DNA of 63,904 nt, filler included, from Octopus bimaculoides (taxonomy: Eukaryota), in NCBI RefSeq assembly GCF_001194135.2. It is 6 parts of 3 records of this genome, joined end to end, with 100 filler letters (N's around TTAATTAATTAA, not from the genome) between each part and the next. Parts side by side here need not be neighbours in the genome. Positions count along the whole stretch, not along the records: positions 1 to 20,393 come from NC_068994.1; positions 20,494 to 28,240 come from NC_069006.1; 4 more parts are not named here. One strand, written 5' to 3'. This document shows, in pieces, positions 13,043 to 25,660 of this stretch (positions within the stretch are counted from its first letter, which is position 1; the number at the start of each line of letters is the position of its first letter). The notes under the pieces are model-generated. The model saw only the letters and a program-made list of their open reading frames with translations. It was not told the DNA's origin and did no database searches. A program made the position numbers and the translations under genes.

Positions 13043-13835
13043 GCCAACCACTCTTCTGTAGCTGACAACAAGTTCTTCCTGGCAGGAGAAGTTACCTGCC
13101 ATTCAAGTGGTGCTTCAAATTTGGAAGTAGGTGAAAAATCACAGGAAGCAAGGTTTGGTGAACAGGCTGGGTGAGGGAGGTGGGCAGCACTTCAAAGCCA
13201 AATTCACGAATGGCATTCTTTGATACTCGAGACGTGTGAGCTGGTGCAACATTGCGAAGACGTAGGAGACCGGTATTCTACATTCCACGGCGCTTTGTCT
13301 TGGTACGATCTCACTGCCACCGAAGCAAATCAACATAATAGGCACCTGTGGCGACATGTAGTCAATTAACACCACCCCTTGCTGAGTCGTTGAAGATTGT
13401 GCGCATGATTTTTCCTGCACTGGGTCGAACTTCAAATTTCTTAAGCGGCAGGGTGTACTTGTGCACCCACAGCTTGAATCTTTCTCGCGTTTCGGGGTTG
13501 CAATGGTAGGTCCTTGTCTCATTTCTGGTTATTAGTCGCTGCTTCAACAGAGCCCCAGATCTTATTTATAAAGGGCTTAAAATTTTACTCAGAACATCAC
13601 ACCTTGATGTCTTTCATTTCCGGAGTTACCATTCCCGACACCCAGCCAGCAGACATCTCTGACGCATTCCAATGTTTACTGAGTGGTTCGATTAACCACC
13701 GCTTCGATCAACCAAACTCCCATACTTCATGTTCATTGGTTCGCTTCGACGCGACTTTATCTATATCTTATTCGTATATAGAGCAACAACCTAGATGCTT
13801 ACAGCTATCGTTGCAAAAATTTATAATTCACTTCT
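13043..13835 (-). mobile_element. Decayed mariner transposase
   Basis: RLITRNETRTYHCNPET...KKFEVRPSAGKIMRTIF (degenerate TGDETW motif) and NVAPAHTSR...SPNLASCDFHLLPNLK (HDNA and YSPDLAPSD equivalents); stops and frameshifts. Confidence 0.8.
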
Positions 13836-14094
13836 ACTCATTAGGATACAACCAGGAATTGAGGAAGTTGTGAGAAAAAAAAAATCAAAATGGCGTCAGA
13901 AAAAAATAGATGATCCACTCTCAAACAAAGACTTGCTGTTCGTTGTCTGCTGGAGGAAATAGAGGCCAAAAATCTTGAAGCAGTATTTCTGGTTGTTGAT
14001 TTCCTAAGGACTCTTGGCTTTATCCATTGTGATAAAATGGAAGAAATACTACTAGTGTACAGCAACAGTAATTATGATGTCCTCTAAGAAATCG

Positions 14095-14420
14095 AAATCA
14101 ATGGTAAGGGTCCCAAGACGGGACCCCTACCATTGTTTCTTTGACATCAAAGCCAGAATACTCCAGAGAGACACACTGGGACTTTCTCTCTTCGTGATCA
14201 CCCTGGATTATGTCCTCAGAACATCACTTGACAATCTAAGCAACCTCGGTTTTACACTCGCGAAAAGAAGAGCGACTGGACATCCAGCTCAAAAAGTAAC
14301 CGATGTAGACTATGCTGATGATTTAGACTTGCTCTCTGTCACAATATCAAACTCCACTCAGTTACTTCATAGTCTACAATTAACTGCACAAGATGTTAGA
14401 CCAATTGTTAGTCCGAGTAA
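14095..14420 (+). mobile_element. Non-LTR reverse transcriptase fragment (RTE/RTEX-like)
   Basis: ILQRDTLGLSLFVITLDYVLR...VTDVDYADDLDLLS: QGD-like and YADD motifs. Confidence 0.8.
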
Positions 14421-14796
14421 AACAAGTTTATTAAAGACAATGGGCTATGATTTTAGAAAACTTTAGCTGCTGCATTTAGCAGGATCCGGCTAGTTCTGTA
14501 TATATATACATGTCCTTGCATTTTTAAAGACAATAGGCATTGATTTTAGGGAAATATAGCTGCTATGTCTAGCGGGTTCAACGACCACATGGACCATTAG
14601 CCATTAGCTCACCGTTTTCCCTGTAATTGTTCTGGTTTGGACGCGTGTGATTCTCAATAATTCCTGATATTAGCTCTCACACATCAATTTGAAGAAGCAA
14701 TATTTGTAAGACGAAAGTTGGTTGGGAATATTAAGTTTCACTCTTCGCTGTTGTAGATCAACTGTAATTTAGGACACCCGGAAATCACATATATGA

Positions 14797-14829
<33 letters not shown>

Positions 14830-15112
14830 GTGTCTGTGTGTGTGAATTATTTTACACACTCATAGATATGCATGGGAGCGTAAGCTCACATAATCATCAC
14901 GGTTATTTATATAGATATTGATTTTCACATTCCTATACAAATAATGTTTATGCGTAGGGGATGGGTGTGTGTTTATGTATGCAGTCACACATGTATATTT
15001 AAGCGAATAGATGACTATATATATATGCGTACGTTTGTGAATGTGATACTAATACATATATACACATATACATGCGTATATATATGTAAGCATGCATGCA
15101 TGCATGTATGTG

Positions 15113-15150
<38 letters not shown>

Positions 15151-16221
15151 TGTGTGTGTGTGTGTGAAAGATTTCTTGTTAAATATATGCCTTGATACGT
15201 GCGTGTGTGTGTGTNNNNNNNNNNNNNNNNNNNNNNNNNNNNNNNNNNNNNNNNNNNNNNNNNNNNNNNNNNNNNNNNNNNNNNNNNNNNNNNNNNNNNN
15301 NNNNNNNNNNNNNNNNNNNNNNNNNNNNNNNNNNNNNNNNNNNNNNNNNNNNNNNNNNNNNNNNNNNNNNNNNNNNNNNNNNNNNNNNNNNNNNNNNNNN
15401 NNNNNNNNNNNNNNNNNNNNNNNNNNNNNNNNNNNNNNNNNNNNNNNNNNNNNNNNNNNNNNNNNNNNNNNNNNNNNNNNNNNNNNNNNNNNNNNNNNNN
15501 NNNNNNNNNNNNNNNNNNNNNNNNNNNNNNNNNNNNNNNNNNNNNNNNNNNNNNNNNNNNNNNNNNNNNNNNNNNNNNNNNNNNNNNNNNNNNNNNNNNN
15601 NNNNNNNNNNNNNNNNNNNNNNNNNNNNNNNNNNNNNNNNNNNNNNNNNNNNNNNNNNNNNNNNNNNNNNNNNNNNNNNNNNNNNNNNNNNNNNNNNNNN
15701 NNNNNNNNNNNNNNNNNNNNNNNNNNNNNNNNNNNNNNNNNNNNNNNNNNNNNNNNNNNNNNNNNNNNNNNNNNNNNNNNNNNNNNNNNNNNNNNNNNNN
15801 NNNNNNNNNNNNNNNNNNNNNNNNNNNNNNNNNNNNNNNNNNNNNNNNNNNNNNNNNNNNNNNNNNNNNNNNNNNNNNNNNNNNNNNNNNNNNNNNNNNN
15901 NNNNNNNNNNNNNNNNNNNNNNNNNNNNNNNNNNNNNNNNNNNNNNNNNNNNNNNNNNNNNNNNNNNNNNNNNNNNNNNNNNNNNNNNNNNNNNNNNNNN
16001 NNNTGCTGCACTACTGAGATTAACAATAAGAGTTTTTAGGGACAAACACAAGAAGGGAAACTTAAGAGAAAGTAGTGTCCATTGAATTGGTTCCAGTTTT
16101 GGATTCGTATTTATTTTATGGGTTCCTGAAACATGAAAGCCGATGTCAACATCACTGGAAATGAAGTCGATAACTACCAGTCCAGTGCCAAGTTTTCCAA
16201 TGTTCTACCAATTATGTTACA

Positions 16222-16375
16222 CCCGCCATTTTTCTCCAACACTCTACCAGTTCAATCACTCGCTCGCCATTTTCCCCTAACACTCTACCAAATCTATCAC
16301 GCACTCCTAGACGCCATTTTACCTCAATACTCTATCAAATAATCACTTCACCGCCATTTTACATCAAGACTCTAC
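16222..16375. repeat. Four-copy minisatellite of about 40-47 bp, each unit beginning CGCCATTTT
   Basis: Units CGCCATTTT-N5-AACACTCTACCA...ATCAC at about 16225, 16264, 16312 and 16352. Confidence 0.75.
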
Positions 16376-17034
16376 CTGTTGCAATTCCTTTGCCTTTGAT
16401 AATAGTTTAGCCACGCTAATCTGAGACTCCCAATTTGTATTAGAGGGAACTGAGTGGGGAGAATTGCACTCGATTAAATTAAATCCAGTGCTGCACTAAT
16501 AATTATTGTATCAATCCTGGAAGACTAATTGGTAAAGTTAACTGCAATTAGGTTTGAACCCACAGCGTCAAGGAATACAACAAAATACTGCCAGACACTT
16601 AGTTCAGTACTCTACTTCTCTGCAGTAAAGAAAATATCACCAAGACAAAAAAAAAACAAAAAAAACGGGGAGATCTTGAACACTGGATATAGAAAATAAA
16701 TCTTCAAAGTGCAGAGATGTAAAACGTCAAGTGATGACGTAACCCATTCTGCAATGTACTGTGTGCTGGGTTAATGACCTATTGATTTGATTTTATCATA
16801 TTGAGACGCCATTGATGTCAAACATATCGATTACATCACATGAAACGATATCAGTGAGGGAGGAAGCCTCTTATACATGGTCCTCTATTTGCCAGAAATA
16901 GCAGTTAATTCTCGCTTAAATTACACTTACCCCCTTTAAAAAAATGGGAAAAATTGAGTAATATAGTTAATTCATATGATTCTTTCTTAGACTTTTATGA
17001 TTGGTCCACTTTCTTTATTATTGGATGGACTGAC

Positions 17035-17190
17035 AAAATCGTTAGTATGTCGGACGCAACGTTTAGTGGCATTTTGTCCTTTCGGGCTTGATAAAATAAG
17101 TACCAGTTGAGCAATGGAGTGGATGTAATCGACTAGACCCCCCCCCCACAAATTTCAGGCTTTGTGCCTATAGAAGAAGGGGTTATTGTA
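17035..17190 (+). mobile_element. SINE family B, internally deleted
   Basis: AAATCGTTAG head and CTTTCGGGCTTGATAAAATAAGTACCAG core. Confidence 0.7.
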
Positions 17191-17206
17191 GAAGGCATTA
17201 TAATTA

Positions 17207-17712
17207 TTACTATTGAGTGAGAGAGCAGTGCATGTCATCAAAGTGACACTGGGGTACAAATATATAAAACCCAATATAACCAACATGACTACCCTTCTGA
17301 TAAGGGTACTCTAGGCACATGCATCAAAACCATTTGTACTCGATATGGTGATCTCATATCAAGATAAACAGCGCATGACCTTGCAGGTGGAGCCCAGTTA
17401 GAATTTTCTTCAGGTTGAGTAGCCCATCCTACTCAAAAGGTCCCTGAATAAGGTTTGTTTAAGGATGATAAACAAAACACCCATGTTTCCAGAGGTGAAT
17501 TATTCAAACCCCAAAGAATTCCTCTCAAAACATCGTTATGATGCCCCCCACCCACTACTTCTGCTCGTGATCAGCCACTAAGTGACATGCTCAACTGGTT
17601 AAGGTCAAGTAAATGACAAGCAGAATATTTGCTGTAGACCATCTTTTATACCAAGGCAAAACAATGTACAAGATAACACTTCCAACCCGTTAAGATCAGA
17701 AGCCATGAAAAC
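17207..17712. mobile_element. Unclassified interspersed repeat (about 500 bp)
   Basis: Part of it (about 17600-17660) recurs as a reverse complement at 22320-22390; no coding motif. Confidence 0.55.
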
Positions 17713-17743
<31 letters not shown>

Positions 17744-18290
17744 TTATGTTTGACTTTTGTTTTGCATTTGTACAAGTTGGATCCAAGTCTCACCCAGAGA
17801 CCTCAAGAGACAACAAGTTAGAAGTTCATGTAGGTGTTATGCCTAGGGTACCATATATTTGAATTTGTACAGTTTTGTTCAAGTGAATGTTTAAGAAACC
17901 ATAAGAAAATTATGTGTTTGCTTTAAAATTTGAGATCACATAGACAGTATTTTACGTAGGATATGGACAGTTCCCATGAGCACTATCTTTTGAACTTCAG
18001 CCATTTTGGGGTTTCCTGGAATCTGATCTAGGTAGTAATCAGCCCGTTTCGCTGTCATTCCCAGGGCACCTATGACAATAGGTATTGTTTTCGTCTTCAG
18101 ATTCCACATTTTGCTAATTTCTATTTCAAGATCTTTATATTTGCTCAGTTTTTGGTAGGTCTTGACAGATACGTTTATATCGATTGGGACAGTCATATCA
18201 ATGAGGAGGCATGATTGTTCCAGAGGAGTGCAATGTGATCATTTTCAAGTACTGGGGGTGAGCGGAATTGTTAGCACATCTGACAAACTG
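17744..18290 (-). mobile_element. R4/Dong 3' fragment with restriction-like endonuclease C-terminus and 3' UTR, ending in (TAA)n
   Basis: LLIDMTVPIDINVSVKTYQKLSKYKDLEIEISKMWNLKTKTIPIVIGALG; internal deletion removes the PD motif; (TTA)n at 17713-17743. Confidence 0.85.
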
Positions 18291-18319
18291 CTTAGCGACA
18301 TTTCCCCCAGCTCCTTTGA

Positions 18320-18402
18320 CTGCATGGCCGCAGTCAAATCACTGAAACATGTAAGAGAATAAGAGAATAAGAGAATAAGAGAATAAGAGAATAAGAGAAT
18401 AC
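18320..18402 (+). mobile_element. 3' tail of SINE family A with (AAGAGAAT)n
   Basis: GCATGGCCGCAGTCAAATCACTGAAACATGTAAGAG matches family A tails. Confidence 0.7.
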
Positions 18403-19699
18403 TCCCGCAGCATTGTATTTATATGCACAGAATCTTAAATCTTCCCCCTACGAAGCCACTTGAAAATATCTTTTAATAAACGTATATGAAACATATTAAA
18501 TAAATAGTACGTTATTCATTGCTTCGACTTTTTCGAGTTTCACCATTTCGGAAAAAAAAAAAAAAAAAGAATTANNNNNNNNNNTAAAATTGTTCCCCCC
18601 CCCCCGCTACAAAATATAGTTGTAAAATAGCGTGTGTCTCACGTGAGTGTGCGTCTTACACGCCGGAAAATGCGATTGTAAAATCTTGAATCTGTGGAAA
18701 CTGTAGGTGGTCTGTGAAGGTAGGAAAGAAAACCATTTAACAGTCTCGACATCGCCTTCCTCTTCTCATTAGGGTTTTAAGGCCTTAATGCAATGTCAAA
18801 AAATGAGAGAAAATGAGAGAAAGAAATAACATTGATTTCCGTATTAAGTTTCCAACAGACTAAATTGATTTCTAATAGTTCAACGGGAGGAGGAGGAGGA
18901 GGAGAAGGAGGAGGCTGACTGGCTGGCTAAACCAACCTCGCCAGTACTTGAGTTGCTTGTATTTTTGATCGACCCCTGCATGGATGAAAGCGAAAGTAGA
19001 CCAAAGATCGGCGAGATTTCATATTGGGAACATGAAGGGGGCATAACGAAAGCCTACACCATATCACGGTCCGCTGGGCTACCGATTCAGACTCTCTACA
19101 GCTCATCACCCATCGTTGTCATCATCAACAGAGTTTTTGCATGAAAGTAATTTAACCAATTCTAAATTGCAAATAGTGTAGGAGTCTAACGAAAACAAAA
19201 CAAAAAAAACTCAGTAATTAGTTAAATAAATATAAACGCAAACATCAAATTAATTATGTGGGCTTTTAATGTCTTACAAATGGTTATATATAAATATGTG
19301 TGTGTTTGTGTGTGTACTCATACGTACACACATAAATATTTACTTATTTGTTTATGAATGTATGCGTATATGGATATATATGTATACATATATATGTATA
19401 TACATGTGCATGTGCGCATGTATACATATGTATATATATATATATATATATNNNNNNNNNNNNNNNNNNNNNNNNNNNNNNNNNNNNNNNNNNNNNNNNN
19501 NNNNNNNNNNNNNNNNNNNNNNNNNNNNNNNNNNNNNNNNNNNNNNNNNNNNNNNNNNNNNNNNNNNNNNNNNNNNNNNNNNNNNNNNNNNNNNNNNNNN
19601 NNNNNNNNNNNNNNNNNNNNNNNNNNNNNNNNATATATCCGGTATACGCAATTGAGGCAGTATTGAATTAATCTGTCTATATGTCTATCTATAGGTATC

Positions 19700-20010
19700 C
19701 GGTCGGTGACGTACCCGGACCAATGCATGTATTCTGCGCCACTCGATCTTCCACGGTAGTCATCATATCCTCAGTTTGATATCCAATGTCGCCCACAAGA
19801 AGTTGATCGACATATAACTCTCCTTGGTCTCTGCCTACACTTCTATGTCATTGCGTGGGTTTCCAGAGAAGGATATCGTTGGATACTTTATCCTTGCTTC
19901 TCCCGCAGTGTCCCACATAACGTACTCTTTCTCTCATTACTTCGGTGATGGTAGGAAGACTGCCGTAGGAAGACTGCTTTGTAGGAAGTTGCTGCCGAGG
20001 AAAATAAATC
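19700..20010 (-). mobile_element. 3' coding end of a non-LTR retrotransposon (RTE/RTEX-like)
   Basis: YGSLPTITEVMRERVRYVGHCGRSKDKVSNDILLWKP followed by a YVDQL-like segment, typical of a post-RT C-terminus. Confidence 0.65.
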
Positions 20011-20099
20011 TGAAAACTGCACGAATGGCACCAGTATTCTGCTCTGAATGGCACCAATCTGAAGATGATTGATAAATTTATCGACCCTGCAAGTAATGT

Positions 20100-20393
20100 T
20101 GTTGTTGGCACTTCGTCGCTTACGATGTCGAGGGTTCCAGTTGATCCGATCAACGGAACAGCTTGCTCGTGAAATTAACGTGCAAGTGGCTGAGCACTCC
20201 ACAGACACGTGTACCCTTAACGTAGTTCTCGGGGATATTCAGCGTGACAGTGTGACAAGGCTGACCCTTTTGAATTACAGGCACAACAGAAACAGCAAGT
20301 AAGAGTGAGAGAAAGTTGTGGTGAAAGAGTACAGCAGGGTTCGCCACCATCCCCTGCCGGAGCCTCGTGGAGCTTTAGGTGTTTTTGCTCAAT
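20100..20393 (-). mobile_element. SINE family C body
   Basis: Colinear with 63397-63683 (GTTGATCCGATCAACGGAACAGC...CGTGCAAGTGGCTGAG). Confidence 0.8.
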
Positions 20394-20437
20394 NNNNNNN
20401 NNNNNNNNNNNNNNNNNNNNNNNNNNNNNNNNNNNNN

Positions 20438-20449
20438 TTAATTAATTAA
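20438..20449. other. Artificial scaffolding linker TTAATTAATTAA (also at 28285, 43103, 60912 and 62526)
   Basis: Identical 12-mer centred in 44 N + 12 + 44 N blocks; gives stops in all six frames. Confidence 0.95.
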
Positions 20450-20587
20450 NNNNNNNNNNNNNNNNNNNNNNNNNNNNNNNNNNNNNNNNNNNNGATATAC
20501 ACGCACACACACTCCACACACACAATCTATTTTTCTGATCTCTCATATAAACACGCACATCGATAAACTGAAAGATAAAGCAAGCCA

Positions 20588-20635
<48 letters not shown>

Positions 20636-20759
20636 ATAAACTTACACTTGCGCACACAAACTTTTACACACTCACACACACAAACACACACACACAGACT
20701 TACATTTAAAATCAAGCGAAATACGCGCTAACATACACATGTTTTTGGACTTGAACGAC

Positions 20760-21035
20760 TATAACAACAACAACAGCGGCAGAAGCAGCAACAAGAAGAA
20801 CAACAACAACAACCACAACAATAATAACAACAACGGCATCGTCATCAACAGCAACAAAAACAACAGCAACCGCAGCAGTAACAACAACAACAACAACAAT
20901 AACTGCTGCTGCAGCAACAACAACGACAACAATGGCATCATCAACGCCACCAGCAGCAGCAACATCTACAACAGCAGCAGCAGCAAGTACGACAACAACA
21001 GTATCAACAACAAAGACAACAACGACACTAGCATC

Positions 21036-21072
<37 letters not shown>

Positions 21073-21075
21073 GCG
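20760..21075. repeat. (CAA/CAG)n compound trinucleotide repeat
   Basis: Directly visible. Confidence 0.9.
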
Positions 21076-21289
21076 ACCGTAATATTTTCTAGTAAACATT
21101 CTATCATTCGAGAACAGGCTATAATCGAGTTAATCCCTTGATAATCCTGATACTGTTCAATTGATTGAAACAGACGATATCTGATCTCCTTTACTAACCC
21201 TGCTAGAAACAACAGCAAGAGCGTCTTTTAAACCAGTCGTTCTCGACCATTTTCTTTTTTATTACCCAAGGAACCGTTTTGCTTCCTAT

Positions 21290-21680
21290 TTTACTTGAGG
21301 GGATACTCACAGTTATTAAAACTGAAACCTTATTCTAAAGGGTCAAGATACCCCCTTTGGTCGCAAATAACCATGGGACTGCACCTAGAAAGTTCCCCTC
21401 CAAGGCACAAGTCCAGGCAAGGTTGTTTATGGAAGACCAGCAGTCGCCCATGCATACCAGCCTCCCCTCCTTTCCATGCCACTGATGTTATCCAAGGGAA
21501 AGGCAAAGGGGGTCATTACAGCTTGGCACCAGTAACGTCACAACTCATTTCTACAGCTGAGTGAACTGGAGCAACGTGAAAATAAAGTGTCTTGCTCAAG
21601 AACACAACACACAGCCTGGTCCGGGAATCGAACTCACAACCTCGTGATTGTTAGCCCGACGCTATAACCACTGAGCCATG
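21290..21680 (-). mobile_element. tRNA-derived SINE family C with alternative tail
   Basis: Minus-strand head TGGCTCAGTGGTTATAGCG (A box) ... GAGTTCGATTCCC (B box), then TTCTTGAGCAAGACACTT core. Confidence 0.85.
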
Positions 21681-21776
21681 NNNNNNNNNNNNNNNNNNNN
21701 NNNNNNNNNNNNNNNNNNNNNNNNNNNNNNNNNNNNNNNNNNNNNNNNNNNNNNNNNNNNNNNNNNNNNNNNNNNN

Positions 21777-21837
<61 letters not shown>

Positions 21838-21929
21838 ATGTATGTATGTATGTATGTATATGTATGTATGTATGCATGTATATGCATGTGTGTGTGTATA
21901 GTGAGTGAGAGAGATGGAGAGAGATGAGG

Positions 21930-22030
21930 AGATTAAAAAATATGGCGGACACAAAAGACGGAAGCGTTTTTCGTAATCGGACGCCATTTCTAATTGTACA
22001 CACAAAAGCTAGTGGTGCGTAGCAACAAAT
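21930..22030 (+). promoter_or_regulatory. Possible promoter or first-exon-like patch (YY1- and ETS-type motifs)
   Basis: AAAATATGGCGGAC (21937-21950), CGGAAG (21959) and reverse-oriented CGCCATTT (about 21982) in a CpG-rich unique patch; motif match only. Confidence 0.25.
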
Positions 22031-22254
22031 GAAGTTAAATAAAAATTGCGTGACGGACACAATTATGGAGTAGAAATTCGATCAAGTATCTATGAAATTA
22101 CTGAGCTATATTGGAATTACGTAACGTTTCGATAAAGCCAATTAGAGACATCATGATTTCAAGAGCGGAAGACAAATATCTTGTGGTTATTAAACATCTA
22201 GTTTTATTTGCAATTGTCTACGCAACTTCGATTCTGTATTTTTGTAGATTTTCC

Positions 22255-22304
<50 letters not shown>

Positions 22305-22407
22305 GTAATATTATTTTGTCTTGATATAAAAAGATGGGCTACAGCAAATATTCTGCTTAATACCACAGATTTGCTTGTCAGTTGCTTGTCATTCCAAGAC
22401 TACCATT

Positions 22408-22623
22408 GGGGTCGATCAGATACCAGACAAGGATTTGGGGTTATTTTTCCGGTTTTTTGCCTTAATTTTTGAGAGCGGTCAGGTTCATTTTTAGTATTCT
22501 CATTTGTGAGAGCAGTCGAGTTTATTCCAGATATTCTCATTTTAAAAAATCATCTCCGGCTAATCTTTGAGAGGGCGTTGGTGTTCTTTTGGCAGAGGTT
22601 TGCGCTCCCTGAGTGCTCTTGTT
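22408..22623 (+). mobile_element. 3' half of a Helentron-type non-autonomous element (HINE/DINE-like)
   Basis: Colinear with 57515-57723; ends GGCAGAGGTTTGCGCTCCCTGAGTGCTCTTGTT (3' subterminal IR plus short hairpin). Confidence 0.65.
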
Positions 22624-22656
22624 GTTGTTATTATTATTATTATTATTATTAATATT

Positions 22657-22875
22657 CAGGCGGTGAGCTGGCAGAATCGGTAGCAGGCCAGGCAAAATGC
22701 TTCGCAGCATTTCGTCTGTCTTTACGTTCGAAATTCAAATTCCATCGAGGTCGACTTTGCCTTTCGTACTTTCGGGGTCGATAAATTAAATACCAGTTGA
22801 GTACTGGGATCGATGTAATCGACAAGTCTCCTCTCCCAAAATTTCAGGTCTTGTGCCTTTACTAGAAAGGATAAA
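22657..22875 (+). mobile_element. SINE family B
   Basis: Full head, core and tail match the other copies. Confidence 0.85.
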
Positions 22876-22877
22876 TC

Positions 22878-22891
22878 ATTACCATCATCAC

Positions 22892-22934
<43 letters not shown>

Positions 22935-22958
22935 GTCATTGTCATCATCATCATCATC

Positions 22959-22990
<32 letters not shown>

Positions 22991-23065
22991 CATCATCATC
23001 ACCACTACCATCATCATCATCATCATCATTATTGTCGTCGTTGTTGTTGTTGTTGTTGTTGTTGC
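22878..23065. repeat. (CAT)n / (TTG)n microsatellite
   Basis: Directly visible. Confidence 0.95.
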
Positions 23066-23932
23066 CGTTATCCTCTAACAATTTCTGATAATTAGAATCA
23101 TTTCTTTAATTGTCCCCACTGTCCATTGCTATGTTCAAAAGAAGTNNNNNNNNNNATGTGTTCTAAACTATAGCAGAGGTGGACACACAGACAAGTTATT
23201 ATATAAAGACGAGGGGGGTGGGGGAACGAAACTCGTTTACAATATACTAAAACGTTAATTTTCTTTAATTACACAAAATAATAAAATCAATACACACACA
23301 CACACACACGTATTTATATATATATATACATTTATACATATACATAAATACATAGCTGTGTGCGTGCGTGCGTGCGTGCGTGCGTGCGTACGTGTGTGTG
23401 TGAACACATAATACAATTAAGACATATAATTTAAAAAAGAAAAAAAAACAAGAAATAAGAAGAATTAAATGCTTAAAATGTAAAACATCGAGTGATTATT
23501 ATTGAACAGTGCTATTAACAATTCCAGGCAGGAAAGGTAAAAATAAATAGTTCCGTTAGTAGCTTTCTTCCAGTTGGCTGTCTAAAACTAGTGGTTAGCA
23601 TGTCTAATATGATATTTAATTATCATAATTAAGGCACTTTTTCTGCGTTGCATTGCTTACTTTCTTTGCATAGAACAACAAGAAGCGGTTTGCTCGATAT
23701 CAAATCAACGAAAAATGTTTAATCTCATTAAAAACTGAACGCGAAATCATTCTCTGTGGCTCTGTGGGTGACAGTTTCCTTCTTCCTCTCTGTTTCTCTC
23801 TCTCTCTCTCTCTACCTCTCTCTCTCTCTCTCTTTTCTCCCACTCTCCCGCACTCTCCATCTACATACATGAAAACACATACAAAAGTTTAACCAAATAG
23901 TAGAAACGCCATTTCGTTATTCAATATGGAGT

Positions 23933-24135
23933 TTAAGGCGGCGAGTTGGCACGCGGGGCAAAATGTTTGGCGGCATTTTGTCCGTCTTTACGTTCAGAGT
24001 TCAAATTCCGCCGAGGTCGACTTTACCTTTCGTCCTTTCGGGGGTCGATAAATTAAGTACCAGTTGAACACTGGGGTCCATGTAATCGAGTCACCCCCTC
24101 CCCCGATATGGTTGTCCTTGTAGCAAAATTGGAAT
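23933..24135 (+). mobile_element. SINE family B
   Basis: Head AAGGCGGCGAGTTGGCA and core GAGGTCGACTTTACCTTTCGTCCTTTCGGGGGTCGATAAATTAAGTACCAG. Confidence 0.85.
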
Positions 24136-25144
24136 TTCTCTGTCTACCCTGGGTAATTTATTTTTTTACAGCAATCACCAAGTGTAACTCTATTCCGGAA
24201 GTCATCTCCTGCATTTACTCTACGCCGGAAATAACTACCAAGTGTTATTCTATACCGGAAGTGGACAGCGTCGGTTACTCTGAACTGGTGGACTTCTTAC
24301 ATAATCACTTTTTAAATGTTGGCAATTTAATTGATACAAATTAAGCTAATTCTAATGTATAGAACACATATGTGTGTGTGTGTGTGTGTGTGTGAAGGGG
24401 TGTGGGTGTGTGTGTATAAATGTTTATAGGTATTATAAATGTGTAGGTGTGTATATGTATAATTATATATACGTAAATGTGTGTGTTTTTGCAACTATGT
24501 ATCGATGTATGTGTGTACGTATGTGTGTATATATGTAACTGTTAAATAATGTGTGAGTGTGTTAAATAATAAGGCACTAAAAGAGAAGGACTCTCCCCAG
24601 ACACAACAGTATATGCTTCAACACACGAACTCGCAAAAAGAATCTTGCAAACCAATGCCAAATACGAAAAATAAAAAGTTCTAATATTTATTAAGGCGCA
24701 ATCCAGCGAGCGAAGCATAACAAGAGGTAAGACTGCAGAGTACGAGTCGACGGAAATTTGGTTGCTCTTTCTAGCATGCTACATGAGCCGCGTAGTTGTT
24801 TACTCAATGGATCACCATACGACTGTATAACGCTTTTTAGTTTCATTATCGCTATGACGTCATTACATAACCAACNNNNNNNNNNNNNNNNNNNNNNNNN
24901 NNNNNNNNNNNNNNNNNNNNNNNNNNNNNNNNNNNNNNNNNNNNNNNNNNNNNNNNNNNNNNNNNNNNNNNNNNNNNNNNNNNNNNNNNNNNNNNNNNNN
25001 NNNNNNNNNNNNNNNNNNNNNNNNNNNNNNNNNNNNNNNNNNNNNNNNNNNNNNNNNNNNNNNNNNNNNNNNNNNNNNNNNNNNNNNNNNNNNNNNNNNN
25101 NNNNNNNNNNNNNNNNNNNNNNNNNNNNNNNNNNNNNNNNNNNN

Positions 25145-25176
<32 letters not shown>

Positions 25177-25249
25177 ACAGAGAAACGCATTTACAATAGC
25201 AGCAACCGTGTCGTTTCCCGCCTTCAAGCTGCTATCATTGAAACAATAA

Positions 25250-25278
25250 ACAGCCACCACGACCACCACCACTACCAT

Positions 25279-25329
<51 letters not shown>

Positions 25330-25370
25330 AAAAGCCACCACGACCGATCATCTACCTATAAAACAAAAAT

Positions 25371-25402
<32 letters not shown>

Positions 25403-25607
25403 TTACTGCTGCTGCTACTACTACTATTACTACAATTAACACTATCATAATCAGCCACCACCACTAAATTCACTACTACCACTACTACTATTGCTGCTGT
25501 TGTTGTTGATGCTGCTTCTACTATTACTACTACTACTACTACTACTTTACTACACCTAATACTATCATAACCAACCACCATTCAGTTCACAACTACTACT
25601 ACTACGA

Positions 25608-25642
<35 letters not shown>

Positions 25643-25660
25643 TCTACTACTAGCTACAAT
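25250..25660. repeat. (CTA/CCA/CTG)n trinucleotide repeats
   Basis: Directly visible. Confidence 0.9.

Noticed and set aside
15049-16085. ORFs of 270-355 aa (also 4109-4872, 25659-26811, 31481-32483 and others)
   Set aside because: They are mostly N runs translated as X.
20438-20449. Recurrent palindrome TTAATTAATTAA at five sites, resembling a recombination or insertion motif
   Set aside because: Always centred in identical 44 N flanks; an assembly linker, not biology.
20712-21218. Poly-Asn, poly-Thr and poly-Val ORFs; also poly-His/Asp at 22722-23095 and His-rich ORFs at 57690-58234
   Set aside because: Trinucleotide repeats are open in several frames on both strands, with no splice or homology support.
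24854-24863. Perfect CRE palindrome ATGACGTCAT (also TGACGTCA at 62847 and E-box CACGTG at about 18640)
   Set aside because: Isolated 6-10-mers are expected by chance in 64 kb; no supporting context.
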